The translations under genes and the position numbers were made by a program. The notes under the pieces were generated by a model. That model did not search any database, was not told the DNA's origin, and worked only from the letters and a program-made list of their open reading frames with translations. 49,631 nt of DNA from Parcubacteria group bacterium (GTDB taxonomy: Bacteria > Patescibacteriota > Minisyncoccia > JACQLN01): the NCBI GenBank assembly GCA_016204035.1, contig JACQLN010000022.1, positions 1 to 49,631 of the forward strand, given 5' to 3'. Numbering within the stretch: position 1 is the stretch's first letter; each line of letters begins with the position of its first letter. This document shows, in pieces, positions 16,813-26,022 of the stretch.

Positions 16813-18702
16813 TTACCTGATGGTCAGACGCCATATTTCATGCGTCCCAACCACCATAAGGCCGATTTTATCTACAAACAGGTGCCGGCCGGTATGCACA
16901 AACCGAGCGGCATCAGGAAATTCTTTTTCCACGGCTAGCGTGTTGCCAAAAGATTTCACCCTGACGATACCGTCGTCGGTCGCGACCAAAAGAAAATCGT
17001 TGATGGCGCACTTTCCACGAATTTTTCCAAGCCAAGATCCGTCGTCAGCTTCGGTTTCGGCTTGGGCTTCAACAGTGCCGTCGTAACGGATAAGGAAACA
17101 GGAGTTTATCGTTTGGCCGCCCATGCGGCTGGAGATAATAAACCAAATCATGTCTTTGCCAAAAAGACAGGTGGAATCAATGAGCTGCCCTTTGAACGGC
17201 CTTAAAGTCAAATTGCTGTTGATGCCTTTTCTTTCGGTGTTAAAGATAAAACACTGGCTTAGACCGCCGGCCCGATAAAATCCAAAGCCGACTCGCGGCC
17301 CAACCCAAAACAAAGTTTGTTGGCGGAGCACATCGCCGACAATTTCATGAAAACCAACACCGAGTTTGCTGGTGCGTTTGATCTGGCCGTTGCCTACCCA
17401 AAAAACATTCCGTTCATTCGCATCAACCGCCGGCAACGACCCAAGAGCGTCCACGGCAATTGTTTGGGGCGTCTGTTCGCCAGCAGTGAACACAGAAGCG
17501 GTATTGCCGTTGGCGATCACCGTATCTGCAGAACGAATACGGAAACGGGCATAGGGATCCAGCGCACTAGCCGCAACAACTGAACCGTCTTCACGACGAT
17601 ATTCTTTGTCGTGATGGTAAAGCCATTTCAACGATCCTCCTTGGGAAACAGCGAAGATGACCTGGCCTTCGGTCCGGAAGATTCTTTCTCCAGAAACGGT
17701 TCCTGTGGACACGGCTGTCACCGCCTGTGGGATTATCACTTTGCATTTGGGACAGACGTTGCGAGCGTGAATAGTGCCGCAGGTGTTGCAGGTTGTCCAA
17801 CGAAGATCGTCAAGAAGTTGTCGGGGAATCGGCATCCTATAGTCTTTCTCAAAAACATCAAAGAAGTATTGCAAGAGGCCATCAGATAAAACACTGAAAT
17901 GGCGCGATGGTCTTGGGTAGCGCACTTCCGGATGAAACACGGTAATACGGTGAAGCGGCCGCACATTGTGAGCCACTTTTTTGGACTGATTTTTGGGCTT
18001 GTAAACCCCGCCGTAAGGTCCGCCCGAAATACAAAGCAGGGTCTGCATCAACATAACCGCAAACGCGTACCAATCCGACATTTCATTGTGGGGCTTGGAA
18101 AGCAGTATCCTATCCTGGTGCAATGCGCATAAGAGCGGATCCACGAATCTCTCCGTGAACACTCGACACAGAAATTGGCCGAACTGGCCGCTGTCCGCGT
18201 CAATAACATACACTTCCTTACCTTTCACAAGAATGTTTAAGTCGTTGGCATCGCCAAAGACATATCCTTTTTTGTGAGAACTGTGAAATATAGAGTAAAG
18301 ATTTCTGCAAACATCCGCCACAACATCGTCGGGAATTCCGCTTTCGCGGAAGTTAACTTCGCTGTACCGCAGGAGCACTTCCGCTCCCTTTACAAATACC
18401 ATGGTATAACCGACCACAGTACCATTGCGATCATACGCAAGTTCTTTTGGAACAATAACTTCTTCGGGGAGCCCGCTGGGAAAAGCCGGAAGTTTTCTTT
18501 GGTGTTCGGCAATCCGCTCCCGAGCCCCGTTTTGTTCGTGGGGCAAACCTATGTAGTCGGGATGGTCGGGCGGTTTGAAAATCTTTAACGCCGTTCCGCC
18601 GTCAATATCATAGACGTCGGCTTCGCCTCCTTTGCCAACTGACTTGTCGGGATCAAGCCGAAATCTTTTTTTGGCTGGACCGATAAAGACCTCGCTGATC
18701 AT
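16813..18702 (-). CDS. Ser/Thr protein kinase (YegI/TerY-P type) with zinc ribbon and C-terminal beta-rich domain
   Basis: GKGGEADVY, ALKIF, GDANDLNILV, IDADS; CNTC...CPKC. Confidence 0.87.
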   Translation of the reverse strand: MISEVFIGPAKKRFRLDPDKSVGKGGEADVYDIDGGTALKIFKPPDHPDYIGLPHEQNGARERIAEHQRKLPAFPSGLPEEVIVPKELAYDRNGTVVGYTMVFVKGAEVLLRYSEVNFRESGIPDDVVADVCRNLYSIFHSSHKKGYVFGDANDLNILVKGKEVYVIDADSGQFGQFLCRVFTERFVDPLLCALHQDRILLSKPHNEMSDWYAFAVMLMQTLLCISGGPYGGVYKPKNQSKKVAHNVRPLHRITVFHPEVRYPRPSRHFSVLSDGLLQYFFDVFEKDYRMPIPRQLLDDLRWTTCNTCGTIHARNVCPKCKVIIPQAVTAVSTGTVSGERIFRTEGQVIFAVSQGGSLKWLYHHDKEYRREDGSVVAASALDPYARFRIRSADTVIANGNTASVFTAGEQTPQTIAVDALGSLPAVDANERNVFWVGNGQIKRTSKLGVGFHEIVGDVLRQQTLFWVGPRVGFGFYRAGGLSQCFIFNTERKGINSNLTLRPFKGQLIDSTCLFGKDMIWFIISSRMGGQTINSCFLIRYDGTVEAQAETEADDGSWLGKIRGKCAINDFLLVATDDGIVRVKSFGNTLAVEKEFPDAARFVHTGRHLFVDKIGLMVVGTHEIWRLTIR

Positions 18703-19571
18703 GGCCGCACCTCTTTTTTCCAGTCGGGATCGCGCCTGATGACAACCAAAGTTGTATCGTCAGCCAAAAGACCGTTGGTTACCCGTGCTTTGTTTCCGGC
18801 AACAACTTCGGCACCCTCTTTGCCTATAAGCGCCAGTCGCCGCCGAACGGCATCGCTGTTGGTAAAATAATGGTCGTCGGTCCAAAACTGGCTTATACTT
18901 CCGACCACTTCCTCGCGGTGCGGCAGATTTTTGTCGGCCAACGCAATCAAATCAAGAACGCCGTCACATCCCAAGATCAAACTTTCCAGTTCGTCTATTA
19001 GGATAATCCGATTCACTTGAATCTTAAGAAGTTCCGGCTGATCAACCGTTAACGATGAACCGGTGAGGTTGTAGGCAAGATACGACGGGGCATTGTTGGG
19101 AAATGGTCCGAGTTGGATTATTTCTCCGTTCAGCACAAAAACCCCATCCCCAAGGGAAAACAAAAACACATCCCAAGGGGTGATAAGCGCGCCCACCAGC
19201 GTGAACAGAAAATAGTCGTTGATCGTTTTGGAAAAACTCTCTCCCATTGACGATGCCAAAACAGCAATCTGACTCAGGATAAGAGTTTTTACACGTTCCC
19301 AATCAATCCCAACTTCTTTTTCGGGTTGGGATAAAAGTTGTCCGACATACCGTTCTCCAGCTTCGGCTATAAACTGAACCACGAGCCGTGCCGATATTTT
19401 AGCGCCCACTTCGCTGTGGGCGCCACTGCCACAACCATCGCAAACCACCGCTGCCAGACAATTATCCGTCTGACGCCAGTGAAAAGCGTCTTGATTGTTG
19501 GTCCAACCGGGTTTTCCGGGTTTGGTATGTTCACTGCCCGGCACAGAGCCGCCGGCGATCTGAAACTCCAT
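18699..19571 (-). CDS. PP2C-family protein phosphatase (PphC/YegK-like)
   Basis: NQDAF, VCDGCGS..HSEVGA, LGDG, GCDG, DDTT; overlaps the kinase start (ATGA). Confidence 0.9.
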   Translation of the reverse strand: MEFQIAGGSVPGSEHTKPGKPGWTNNQDAFHWRQTDNCLAAVVCDGCGSGAHSEVGAKISARLVVQFIAEAGERYVGQLLSQPEKEVGIDWERVKTLILSQIAVLASSMGESFSKTINDYFLFTLVGALITPWDVFLFSLGDGVFVLNGEIIQLGPFPNNAPSYLAYNLTGSSLTVDQPELLKIQVNRIILIDELESLILGCDGVLDLIALADKNLPHREEVVGSISQFWTDDHYFTNSDAVRRRLALIGKEGAEVVAGNKARVTNGLLADDTTLVVIRRDPDWKKEVRP

Positions 19572-19778
19572 AATCCACCTCCTTTATCAGGAAAAGACTG
19601 TTTTTAAGCGTAATTATTGTAATTTATTAAAGATCTATCATGGTAATGTCTGACATTACTCTGAAACCAGATAATAACTAACCATTCCTTATGTTGTCAA
19701 TATATTGACTATTTAATACTAATTATATATTATATAGATTCTCTGCACATTAACAAACATCAAGAAAAGGAGGGAGAA

Positions 19779-21077
19779 ATGGATCCGAAAGACCTAGCCG
19801 AGCGTTTGCGCGCAAGTTGGGCGGAATTCAACCCGCCGGTGCGTTCGCTTTTGGATGCGGATTTTTACAAATTCACCATGGGGCAGTTTATTCACCACTA
19901 TTTTCCAGACACGGAAGTCACTTTTAAGCTTATCGTGCGGGATCCCAAGATACCGATAAGCGAATTTGTGAACGAAGAAGAATTAAGACGGTGTCTGGAT
20001 TACGCTATGGGCTTGCGATTTTCACCGGCCGAACTTGATTTCCTTAAAGGGATCAATCTCTACAAAAAGGGTATGTTCAAAGATCGCTATATGGCTTTTT
20101 TGGAAAAGTTCCGTCTGTCGCCCTACCAATTGAAAAAGGCAGATGGAGCGATTGAGCTTGTTTTTTGTGGACGCTGGACCAGGGTATCTTTATGGGAAAC
20201 TATCGCTCTAGCCATCATCAGCGAGCTTTATTATCGGGGAGTCCTGCGAAACACGCCGCAACCCGATCTTGAAAAAATATATCAAAGAGCCGAGGCAAAG
20301 ATAGTTCGCAAAATTGAGACATTGGCGGCGCAGCCGCGCGTTTCGTTGGCCGATTTCGGCCAACGGCGGCGGCACAGTTTTTTGTGGCAGGAGTTTGTGG
20401 TTGGGCTGTGCCGGAATATGTTAGGTAAAAATTTTACCGGAACCTCCAATACCTGGATGGCCATGCACCACAACTTGCCGGCCATAGGCACTATCGCCCA
20501 CGAACCGGCGATGGTGTTGACCGCTCTGGCCAATTCCGATGAAAGAATGCGCCAGGCGCAGTATCATCTGTTGGAACTTTGGCAGGAAATCTATGGCCAA
20601 GGTCTGCGCGTTTTTCTGCCCGACACCTATGGTTCAGAACAGTTTTTTGCCGGAGCTCCGGAATGGCTGAAAAATTGGACGGGGCAACGGCAGGATTCGG
20701 GCGATCCCAAAGCCGAGGGTGAAAGGTATTGCCAGTGGCTTAAAGAGCACGGCGTTGACCCAACCGAACGGCTAACCATTTTTTCGGACGGTCTGGACGT
20801 AGAGCCGATGGTTGAAATCGGATCTTGTTTTGAAGGCAGGCATCAGCATGCGTTTGGCTGGGGCACACTGCTTACCAACGATTTTGCCGGCTGCGATCCC
20901 AACAACTCCAACCTTAGGCCTTTCTCGATGGTTTGCAAGGTTGTGGCGGTTCACGGCCGATCTTGCGTCAAACTTTCCAATAATCCCGGCAAAGCCACCG
21001 GGCCGAAAGAAGAAGTTGAGCGATATTTGAAAGTTTTTGGCGACAAGGGACGCAAGAATCAGACTGTTGTGGTTTAG
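19779..21077 (+). CDS. pncB: Nicotinate phosphoribosyltransferase
   Basis: SLLD.DFYKFTM, DFG.RRRHS, GTSN, GT.AHE, RQDSG, SDGL, GWGT.LTND, KLS.NPGKA. Confidence 0.95.
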   Translation: MDPKDLAERLRASWAEFNPPVRSLLDADFYKFTMGQFIHHYFPDTEVTFKLIVRDPKIPISEFVNEEELRRCLDYAMGLRFSPAELDFLKGINLYKKGMFKDRYMAFLEKFRLSPYQLKKADGAIELVFCGRWTRVSLWETIALAIISELYYRGVLRNTPQPDLEKIYQRAEAKIVRKIETLAAQPRVSLADFGQRRRHSFLWQEFVVGLCRNMLGKNFTGTSNTWMAMHHNLPAIGTIAHEPAMVLTALANSDERMRQAQYHLLELWQEIYGQGLRVFLPDTYGSEQFFAGAPEWLKNWTGQRQDSGDPKAEGERYCQWLKEHGVDPTERLTIFSDGLDVEPMVEIGSCFEGRHQHAFGWGTLLTNDFAGCDPNNSNLRPFSMVCKVVAVHGRSCVKLSNNPGKATGPKEEVERYLKVFGDKGRKNQTVVV

Positions 21078-21097
21078 TGTAGTACTTTTTGAAACCC

Positions 21098-21128
21098 AAG
21101 CGGCCGCATTGCACGCGGCCGCTTTTTT
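21098..21128 (+). terminator. Intrinsic terminator of pncB
   Basis: AAGCGGCCGC...GCGGCCGCTT followed by a T-run. Confidence 0.8.
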
Positions 21129-21207
21129 ATTCACTTAAAAAACATTATATGGTATAGTTAGATTAGTTCTTTTTAACGGTAAAAACACCTAACTCAAGGA
21201 GGGTGGT

Positions 21208-21705
21208 ATGAGATTTATTGTCCCGATTTTTACGCTTTTACTTATGATTCTGGCCGGCTGCGGGGAAAATAGTTCCCCAGTCGCAAGTGTGGAAGGTTAT
21301 CAACCACAGATTGTCTACCCAGCCGCGAAAATCGCATCTCACGACAGGGCTATGCGAGAATTTTGGAGAGCATACGATCAAGCCAAGGAAGTTCTAAGGG
21401 ATCTCAAACGTTATATCCCCAAAGGCACACCCAGAGACCCAGAAGGTGAAAGGCATGACACTAACATTAGGAAACTACGAAAGGATTTGGACCAAGCTAA
21501 CAGGCGTCTAGACCGAGCCTTCAGGAACGTGAGAAATGATGCCAGCGCCCGGGCGGCTATGGCATCGTTTGGAGAATACATGGGGAGTGTGTTGGCTAGA
21601 CTACCAAAAAATGTCTATCTTCTTATTGTGATCAATCCGTGCGACCTGCCCTGGATCGGCGAGTATCTTTGCCCGTACATGCCAGGACAAGGTATCTCCG
21701 CCTAG
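21208..21705 (+). CDS. Putative lipoprotein
   Basis: Signal peptide with lipobox LAGC, strong SD AAGGAGG, terminator at about 21711-21745. Confidence 0.75.
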   Translation: MRFIVPIFTLLLMILAGCGENSSPVASVEGYQPQIVYPAAKIASHDRAMREFWRAYDQAKEVLRDLKRYIPKGTPRDPEGERHDTNIRKLRKDLDQANRRLDRAFRNVRNDASARAAMASFGEYMGSVLARLPKNVYLLIVINPCDLPWIGEYLCPYMPGQGISA

Positions 21706-21742
21706 CGAAGAAAACCGTCTCGACAAATACCGAGGCGGTTTT

Positions 21743-23311
21743 TTATTTCTCCAAAACACAACTTAGGACGAGGCGGAGGCCGACAACTTTATGGACGGCG
21801 TCTTCTATTATTTTTTTATTTTTAAGATCGCTTAAACGGTCGCGGTGGAAAGAATATTTAGTGGTTAAAATCAGCGAGCTCGCGGTGGCTTCTTTGGGTT
21901 TCATACCCAATAAAAAACCGGAAAGAGAATGGTTGTGCGGTTGGACTTCTTTGATTATTTCGGCCCATTTGGATTGAATCAGGTCAAGGGTATTTGAATC
22001 GGGCGATATTGCCACCGGTTTAGAAACATTAGAATTTTGAATTTGTTTAGAAATTAGTAATTTGTCATTAGAAATTTTTATAGCGGAATCTTCAACTAGA
22101 TTAGAATCAATAGTTGGGGTTGGTCTATACGATAATAAGTTTATCAGCGCCACTTCCACCGCCATCTGCGGCAGGGGATAATAGTCTAATTTTTTTTTGG
22201 CTTCGGAAAAACCGGAGATCAAAGAAACTACAAAAGGGGTAGAAAATTTTTGGACTTGACTGGCCATGATTTTATAATCTTCCTCGGCTAGTTCGTTTTT
22301 AATTTTTAGAGCGAGATCGGGCGATAAACTCACCAGCATCATTTTTCTTAAGTAATGATTGAGCGATTTTAAAAATTGGTTGACATCGTAACCATGCTCC
22401 ACGGTTTTATGCAGCCAGGTTAAAGCTCCGACTGAATCTTGGGCGGCTAAAAAACCCACAAACTCTTTAATCTTGCGGTTGGAAAACAAACCTAAAACCT
22501 CTTCGGTTTGGTCCAAGGTAATTTTATTTTCCCCAATGGCAATAACCTGTCCCAGCATACCCTCGGCGTCGCGCGCCGAACCGTCGGCCTCGTGAGCTAT
22601 TAAACGTAGGGCTTCGGGTTCAATTTGAATGTTTTCTTTATTGGAAACAATTTTGAGCCGATGTTCCAGTTCGGGCGCCGAAAGGCGTTTGAAATCAAAT
22701 CTTTGGGTGCGCGAAATAATGGTGGCCGGCAAACGGTGGGCTTCGGTGGTGGCTAAAATAAAAATAGCGTGCGCCGGCGGTTCCTCCAAAGTTTTTAGAA
22801 AAGCGTTGAAGGCCTCTTTGGTCAACATGTGGGCTTCGTCTATTAAATAAACCTTGTATCGGCCGCTAGAGGGTCCAAAACGCACATTTTCGCGCAGGTT
22901 TTTGATTTCATCTATGCCGCGGTTGGAAGCCGCGTCTATTTCTATTAAGTCCAGCGACCGACCGGCATTAAATTCTAAGCAATTGGCGCAGGAATTACAC
23001 GGAACATCCTGTTCGCCTTCGCCAACCTGCGCTTCGCCGATGGCTTCGGCAAGGCGAGGGCTTCGGCGGACGCTCAATTTATCAACAGAATTCATTTCTT
23101 GAATTCTGGATAAATTGGCGCAGTTGGCCGATTTGGAAAGTATTCGCGCGATGGTGGTTTTACCGCTGCCTCTGGGACCCGCCAAAAGATAAGCATGGGC
23201 GATTTTATTTTGCGCCAAAGAGTTTTGCAGGGTTTTAACCACATGTTCCTGCCCCACGATTTCAGCGAAGGTTTGAGGCCGGTATTTTCTGTATAAGACT
23301 AGATGATCCAT
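21743..23311 (-). CDS. dnaX: DNA polymerase III subunit gamma/tau
   Basis: LYRKYRPQTF, GPRGSGKTT, EIDAASNRG, IDEAHML, KTLEEPP, TIISR; carries in-frame palindromic and heptamer-repeat inserts. Confidence 0.97.
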   Translation of the reverse strand: MDHLVLYRKYRPQTFAEIVGQEHVVKTLQNSLAQNKIAHAYLLAGPRGSGKTTIARILSKSANCANLSRIQEMNSVDKLSVRRSPRLAEAIGEAQVGEGEQDVPCNSCANCLEFNAGRSLDLIEIDAASNRGIDEIKNLRENVRFGPSSGRYKVYLIDEAHMLTKEAFNAFLKTLEEPPAHAIFILATTEAHRLPATIISRTQRFDFKRLSAPELEHRLKIVSNKENIQIEPEALRLIAHEADGSARDAEGMLGQVIAIGENKITLDQTEEVLGLFSNRKIKEFVGFLAAQDSVGALTWLHKTVEHGYDVNQFLKSLNHYLRKMMLVSLSPDLALKIKNELAEEDYKIMASQVQKFSTPFVVSLISGFSEAKKKLDYYPLPQMAVEVALINLLSYRPTPTIDSNLVEDSAIKISNDKLLISKQIQNSNVSKPVAISPDSNTLDLIQSKWAEIIKEVQPHNHSLSGFLLGMKPKEATASSLILTTKYSFHRDRLSDLKNKKIIEDAVHKVVGLRLVLSCVLEK

Positions 23312-23336
23312 ATTAAATAAAACTATCCGAGAAATA

Positions 23337-23516
23337 TCATTCCTCTTTCGTTAAAGAGAAAATACCGGCCTCGTCGAAAGGGGTCGGGGAAACTGTAGTT
23401 TCCCCGCGGAGGAAAATAGCGAGCGAAGCGAGCGCTAGAAACCGTGGGTTTCTAGGGAGCGCCAGCGACGCTGGCGCGACGGGACGATATTTTCTGTATA
23501 AGACTAGATGATCCAT
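23337..23516 (-). other. Upstream dnaX 5'-end duplicate (MDHLVLYRKYRP) continuing into a multi-hairpin element
   Basis: ATGGATCATCTAGTCTTATACAGAAAATA occurs twice (starts at 23516 and 23311). Confidence 0.85.
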
Positions 23517-23552
23517 ATGAGTAAAATATAGCATGGTATAATTTATGTATCT

Positions 23553-24722
23553 ATGGACAGTAAAAAAGGACTGATCACTTACGCCGGGTTATTTTTTGTT
23601 TTGATCACGGCCGGTTTTTGGTTTCTAAACATCCAAAACAGCTTTAGTGTTGTTTCCAGCACCGCCCAGAACGTTATAGAAAAAATAAACCAACCGTCTT
23701 ACGCCCAAAAATTAGCCAACCCGCCGCATCCCATCAAAGGCATATATATTTCGGCTTGGACGGCTAATAATCCCCAAAAAATAAAAGATTTAATCCAGTT
23801 GGTCAAAGAAACAGAACTCAACGGCGTGGTGGTGGATGTAAAAGACGCCACCGGATTTTTTACTTACAAAGTTGACCTCTCCCTCGCCGAAAAAACCGGC
23901 GCCAACAGCCACATCAAAATCCGCGATATAGATAAGTTTATAGATCAATTCCATAAAGAAAATATATATGTTATCGGCCGAGTGCAAATTTTTCAAGATC
24001 CGGTTTTAGCCCAAGCCAGGCCGGATATTGCCATTAAAGATTCTAAAACCGGCCAGCTCTGGAAAGATAATAAGAGTTTGGAGTGGATTGATCCGGCCAG
24101 CCGCATTGCCTGGCAGTACGCCGCCGATATTGCCAAAGACATGGCCGGGCACGGTTTTGACGAAGTTAATTTTGATTACGTGCGCTTTCCGGCCGACGGC
24201 GTCATAGAACGTTTAGATTTTCCTTTTTGGGATGCCATCCGCCCTAAATATGAACTCATTAGCACTTTTTTCGCCTACTTAAACCAAGATCTTAAAAACA
24301 CGCCTATAGCCACCTCGGCCGATATTTTTGGCCTGGCGGCCTGGCGGGCTATGGATTTTACGTTTGATCTTAATATCGGCCAGCGGTTGATAGACGCTCT
24401 GCCTTATTTTGATTACGTTTCACCGATGGTTTACCCTTCGCATTATCCCAATAATTTTAACGGCATTAAAAAACCGGCCGCCAAGCCCTACGAAATAGTT
24501 TACGGTTCGTTAAGAACCTGGCAGGATCTTAAAGCCACCACTTCTTATAAAGCCGTTTTGCGGCCATGGCTTCAAGATTTTGATTTAGGCGGCGTAAAAT
24601 ACGACTCCACCAAAGTCCGCGCCCAAATAAAAGCGGCCTACGACACCGGCATAGACAGCTGGCTTCTATGGAATTCATCTAACCGCTATACCCGCGCCGC
24701 CCTTTTGCCCGAACAGCCCTAA
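23553..24722 (+). CDS. Putative glycoside hydrolase (DUF4015-like)
   Basis: TELN.VVVDVKD, GFDEVNFDYVRFP, PMVYPSHY, RPWLQDF. Confidence 0.85.
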   Translation: MDSKKGLITYAGLFFVLITAGFWFLNIQNSFSVVSSTAQNVIEKINQPSYAQKLANPPHPIKGIYISAWTANNPQKIKDLIQLVKETELNGVVVDVKDATGFFTYKVDLSLAEKTGANSHIKIRDIDKFIDQFHKENIYVIGRVQIFQDPVLAQARPDIAIKDSKTGQLWKDNKSLEWIDPASRIAWQYAADIAKDMAGHGFDEVNFDYVRFPADGVIERLDFPFWDAIRPKYELISTFFAYLNQDLKNTPIATSADIFGLAAWRAMDFTFDLNIGQRLIDALPYFDYVSPMVYPSHYPNNFNGIKKPAAKPYEIVYGSLRTWQDLKATTSYKAVLRPWLQDFDLGGVKYDSTKVRAQIKAAYDTGIDSWLLWNSSNRYTRAALLPEQP

Positions 24723-24740
24723 ATATGCTAAGATTTTAAT

Positions 24741-25127
24741 ATGTTTATAGACCTTTACGGCTATCAAAATCTTATTCTTTTTATCGCCAGAGTCGTTTTA
24801 GGCATCACTTTTATCAAGCATGGCTGGCCTAAGATAAAACAACCATTGGGTATGAAAACATGGCTGGCCGAAATGAGGTTTCCGGTTCCGGCGGCGCTTT
24901 CGGTGATTGTAGCCCTGGTGGAATTTTTTGGCGGTTGGGCGGTGCTGACGGGCGTATATTTGCAGGAAGCCGCTGTGTTGATTGCGGCCGATATGGTGGT
25001 CGCGACTTTTGTAAAAAGATTTAATCTTAAGAAAAACTGGGTGGACGGTTTTGAATTGGATTTAGCTCTGCTGGCGCTGGCTTTGATGCTGGCACTTTAC
25101 GGCGCGGGGGATTGGGCACTGTTATAG
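24741..25127 (+). CDS. DoxX family membrane protein
   Basis: RVVLG..F..HG..K, EFFGG, GFE..L..L...GAG. Confidence 0.9.
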   Translation: MFIDLYGYQNLILFIARVVLGITFIKHGWPKIKQPLGMKTWLAEMRFPVPAALSVIVALVEFFGGWAVLTGVYLQEAAVLIAADMVVATFVKRFNLKKNWVDGFELDLALLALALMLALYGAGDWALL

Positions 25128-25140
25128 ATGGCATGTTATA

Positions 25141-25241
25141 AAAAGAATAGGTTCCGAACGACTTCAAGGAGGTTCCAGTTAAATTATAAAGAGGGAGGAT
25201 GCAGGTGCTCCTCCTTGCAGGAGTGAGGAACCCATTCTTTT
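25141..25241 (+). repeat. Structured intergenic repeat, family A copy 3
   Basis: Outer stem AAAAGAATAGGTTCC/GGAACCCATTCTTTT around the shared core. Confidence 0.9.
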
Positions 25242-25247
25242 GGCTAT

Positions 25248-25991
25248 ATGGAAAAATTGATCAGTATAAAAAATTTAGGGGTGGCTTTTAACCAAAAGCC
25301 CGTGCTAAAAAACATCACCTTTGATATTAATCAGGGTGATATTTTAGCTGTTATCGGGCCGAACGGTTCGGGTAAAACTTTATTGATTCGCAGCATTTTG
25401 GGTTTGAATGAAAACTATACCGGAGAGATTGTGTGGCATCACCGTCCCGAAACCAGCTACGTGCCGCAAAAAATGGCCTTTGAAAAGGGCTTTCCTTTAA
25501 CGGTAAAAGAGTTTTTCCTTTTTGAAATAGGCCGAAATCTGTCTTTTTGGAAACCCAGCTTAAAAATGGAGAACGAAATTAAAAAACGGCTGGACGAGGT
25601 TAAAATAGGCCATTTGATCGACCACCGGCTGGGCGATCTTTCCCAAGGCGAGGTTCAAAGAATGTTTATCGCCCGGAGCCTGCTGGAACAACCTAAACTT
25701 ATTTTCTTTGACGAACCGGCGGCCGGCATAGACATCTCCACCGAGGCCACGGTCTACCAATTGCTTTACGATATTCATCAAAAAAACGGCCTGACTATGG
25801 TTTTGGTTTCGCACGAACTTTCGGTGGTTTACCGTTTTGCCACCAAAGTGGTTTGTTTGAACAAAGATCTTATTTGCCAAGGCGTACCTCAAGAAGTCTT
25901 GACTCCGGAAGCCTTAAAAGAAATCTACGGCCACCACCACACTTCGGTTTACAAGCATGCCCATAATTTTGAACACGACCACACCTCCTAA
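25248..25991 (+). CDS. Metal (Zn/Mn) ABC transporter ATP-binding protein, ZnuC-like
   Basis: GPNGSGKT, YVPQK, FPLTV.EF, DEP..GID, VSHEL, His-rich tail. Confidence 0.92.
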   Translation: MEKLISIKNLGVAFNQKPVLKNITFDINQGDILAVIGPNGSGKTLLIRSILGLNENYTGEIVWHHRPETSYVPQKMAFEKGFPLTVKEFFLFEIGRNLSFWKPSLKMENEIKKRLDEVKIGHLIDHRLGDLSQGEVQRMFIARSLLEQPKLIFFDEPAAGIDISTEATVYQLLYDIHQKNGLTMVLVSHELSVVYRFATKVVCLNKDLICQGVPQEVLTPEALKEIYGHHHTSVYKHAHNFEHDHTS

Positions 25992-26020
25992 TTTCCAATT
26001 TCTAATTACTAATTTCTAAA
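25989..26020 (+). repeat. Heptamer tandem repeat
   Basis: TAATTTC CAATTTC TAATTAC TAATTTC. Confidence 0.7.
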
Positions 26021-26022
26021 TA

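Noticed and set aside
15912..16820. 302-aa plus-strand ORF
   Set aside because: Antisense to the GC-rich nicotinamidase-like gene, which has clear catalytic motifs
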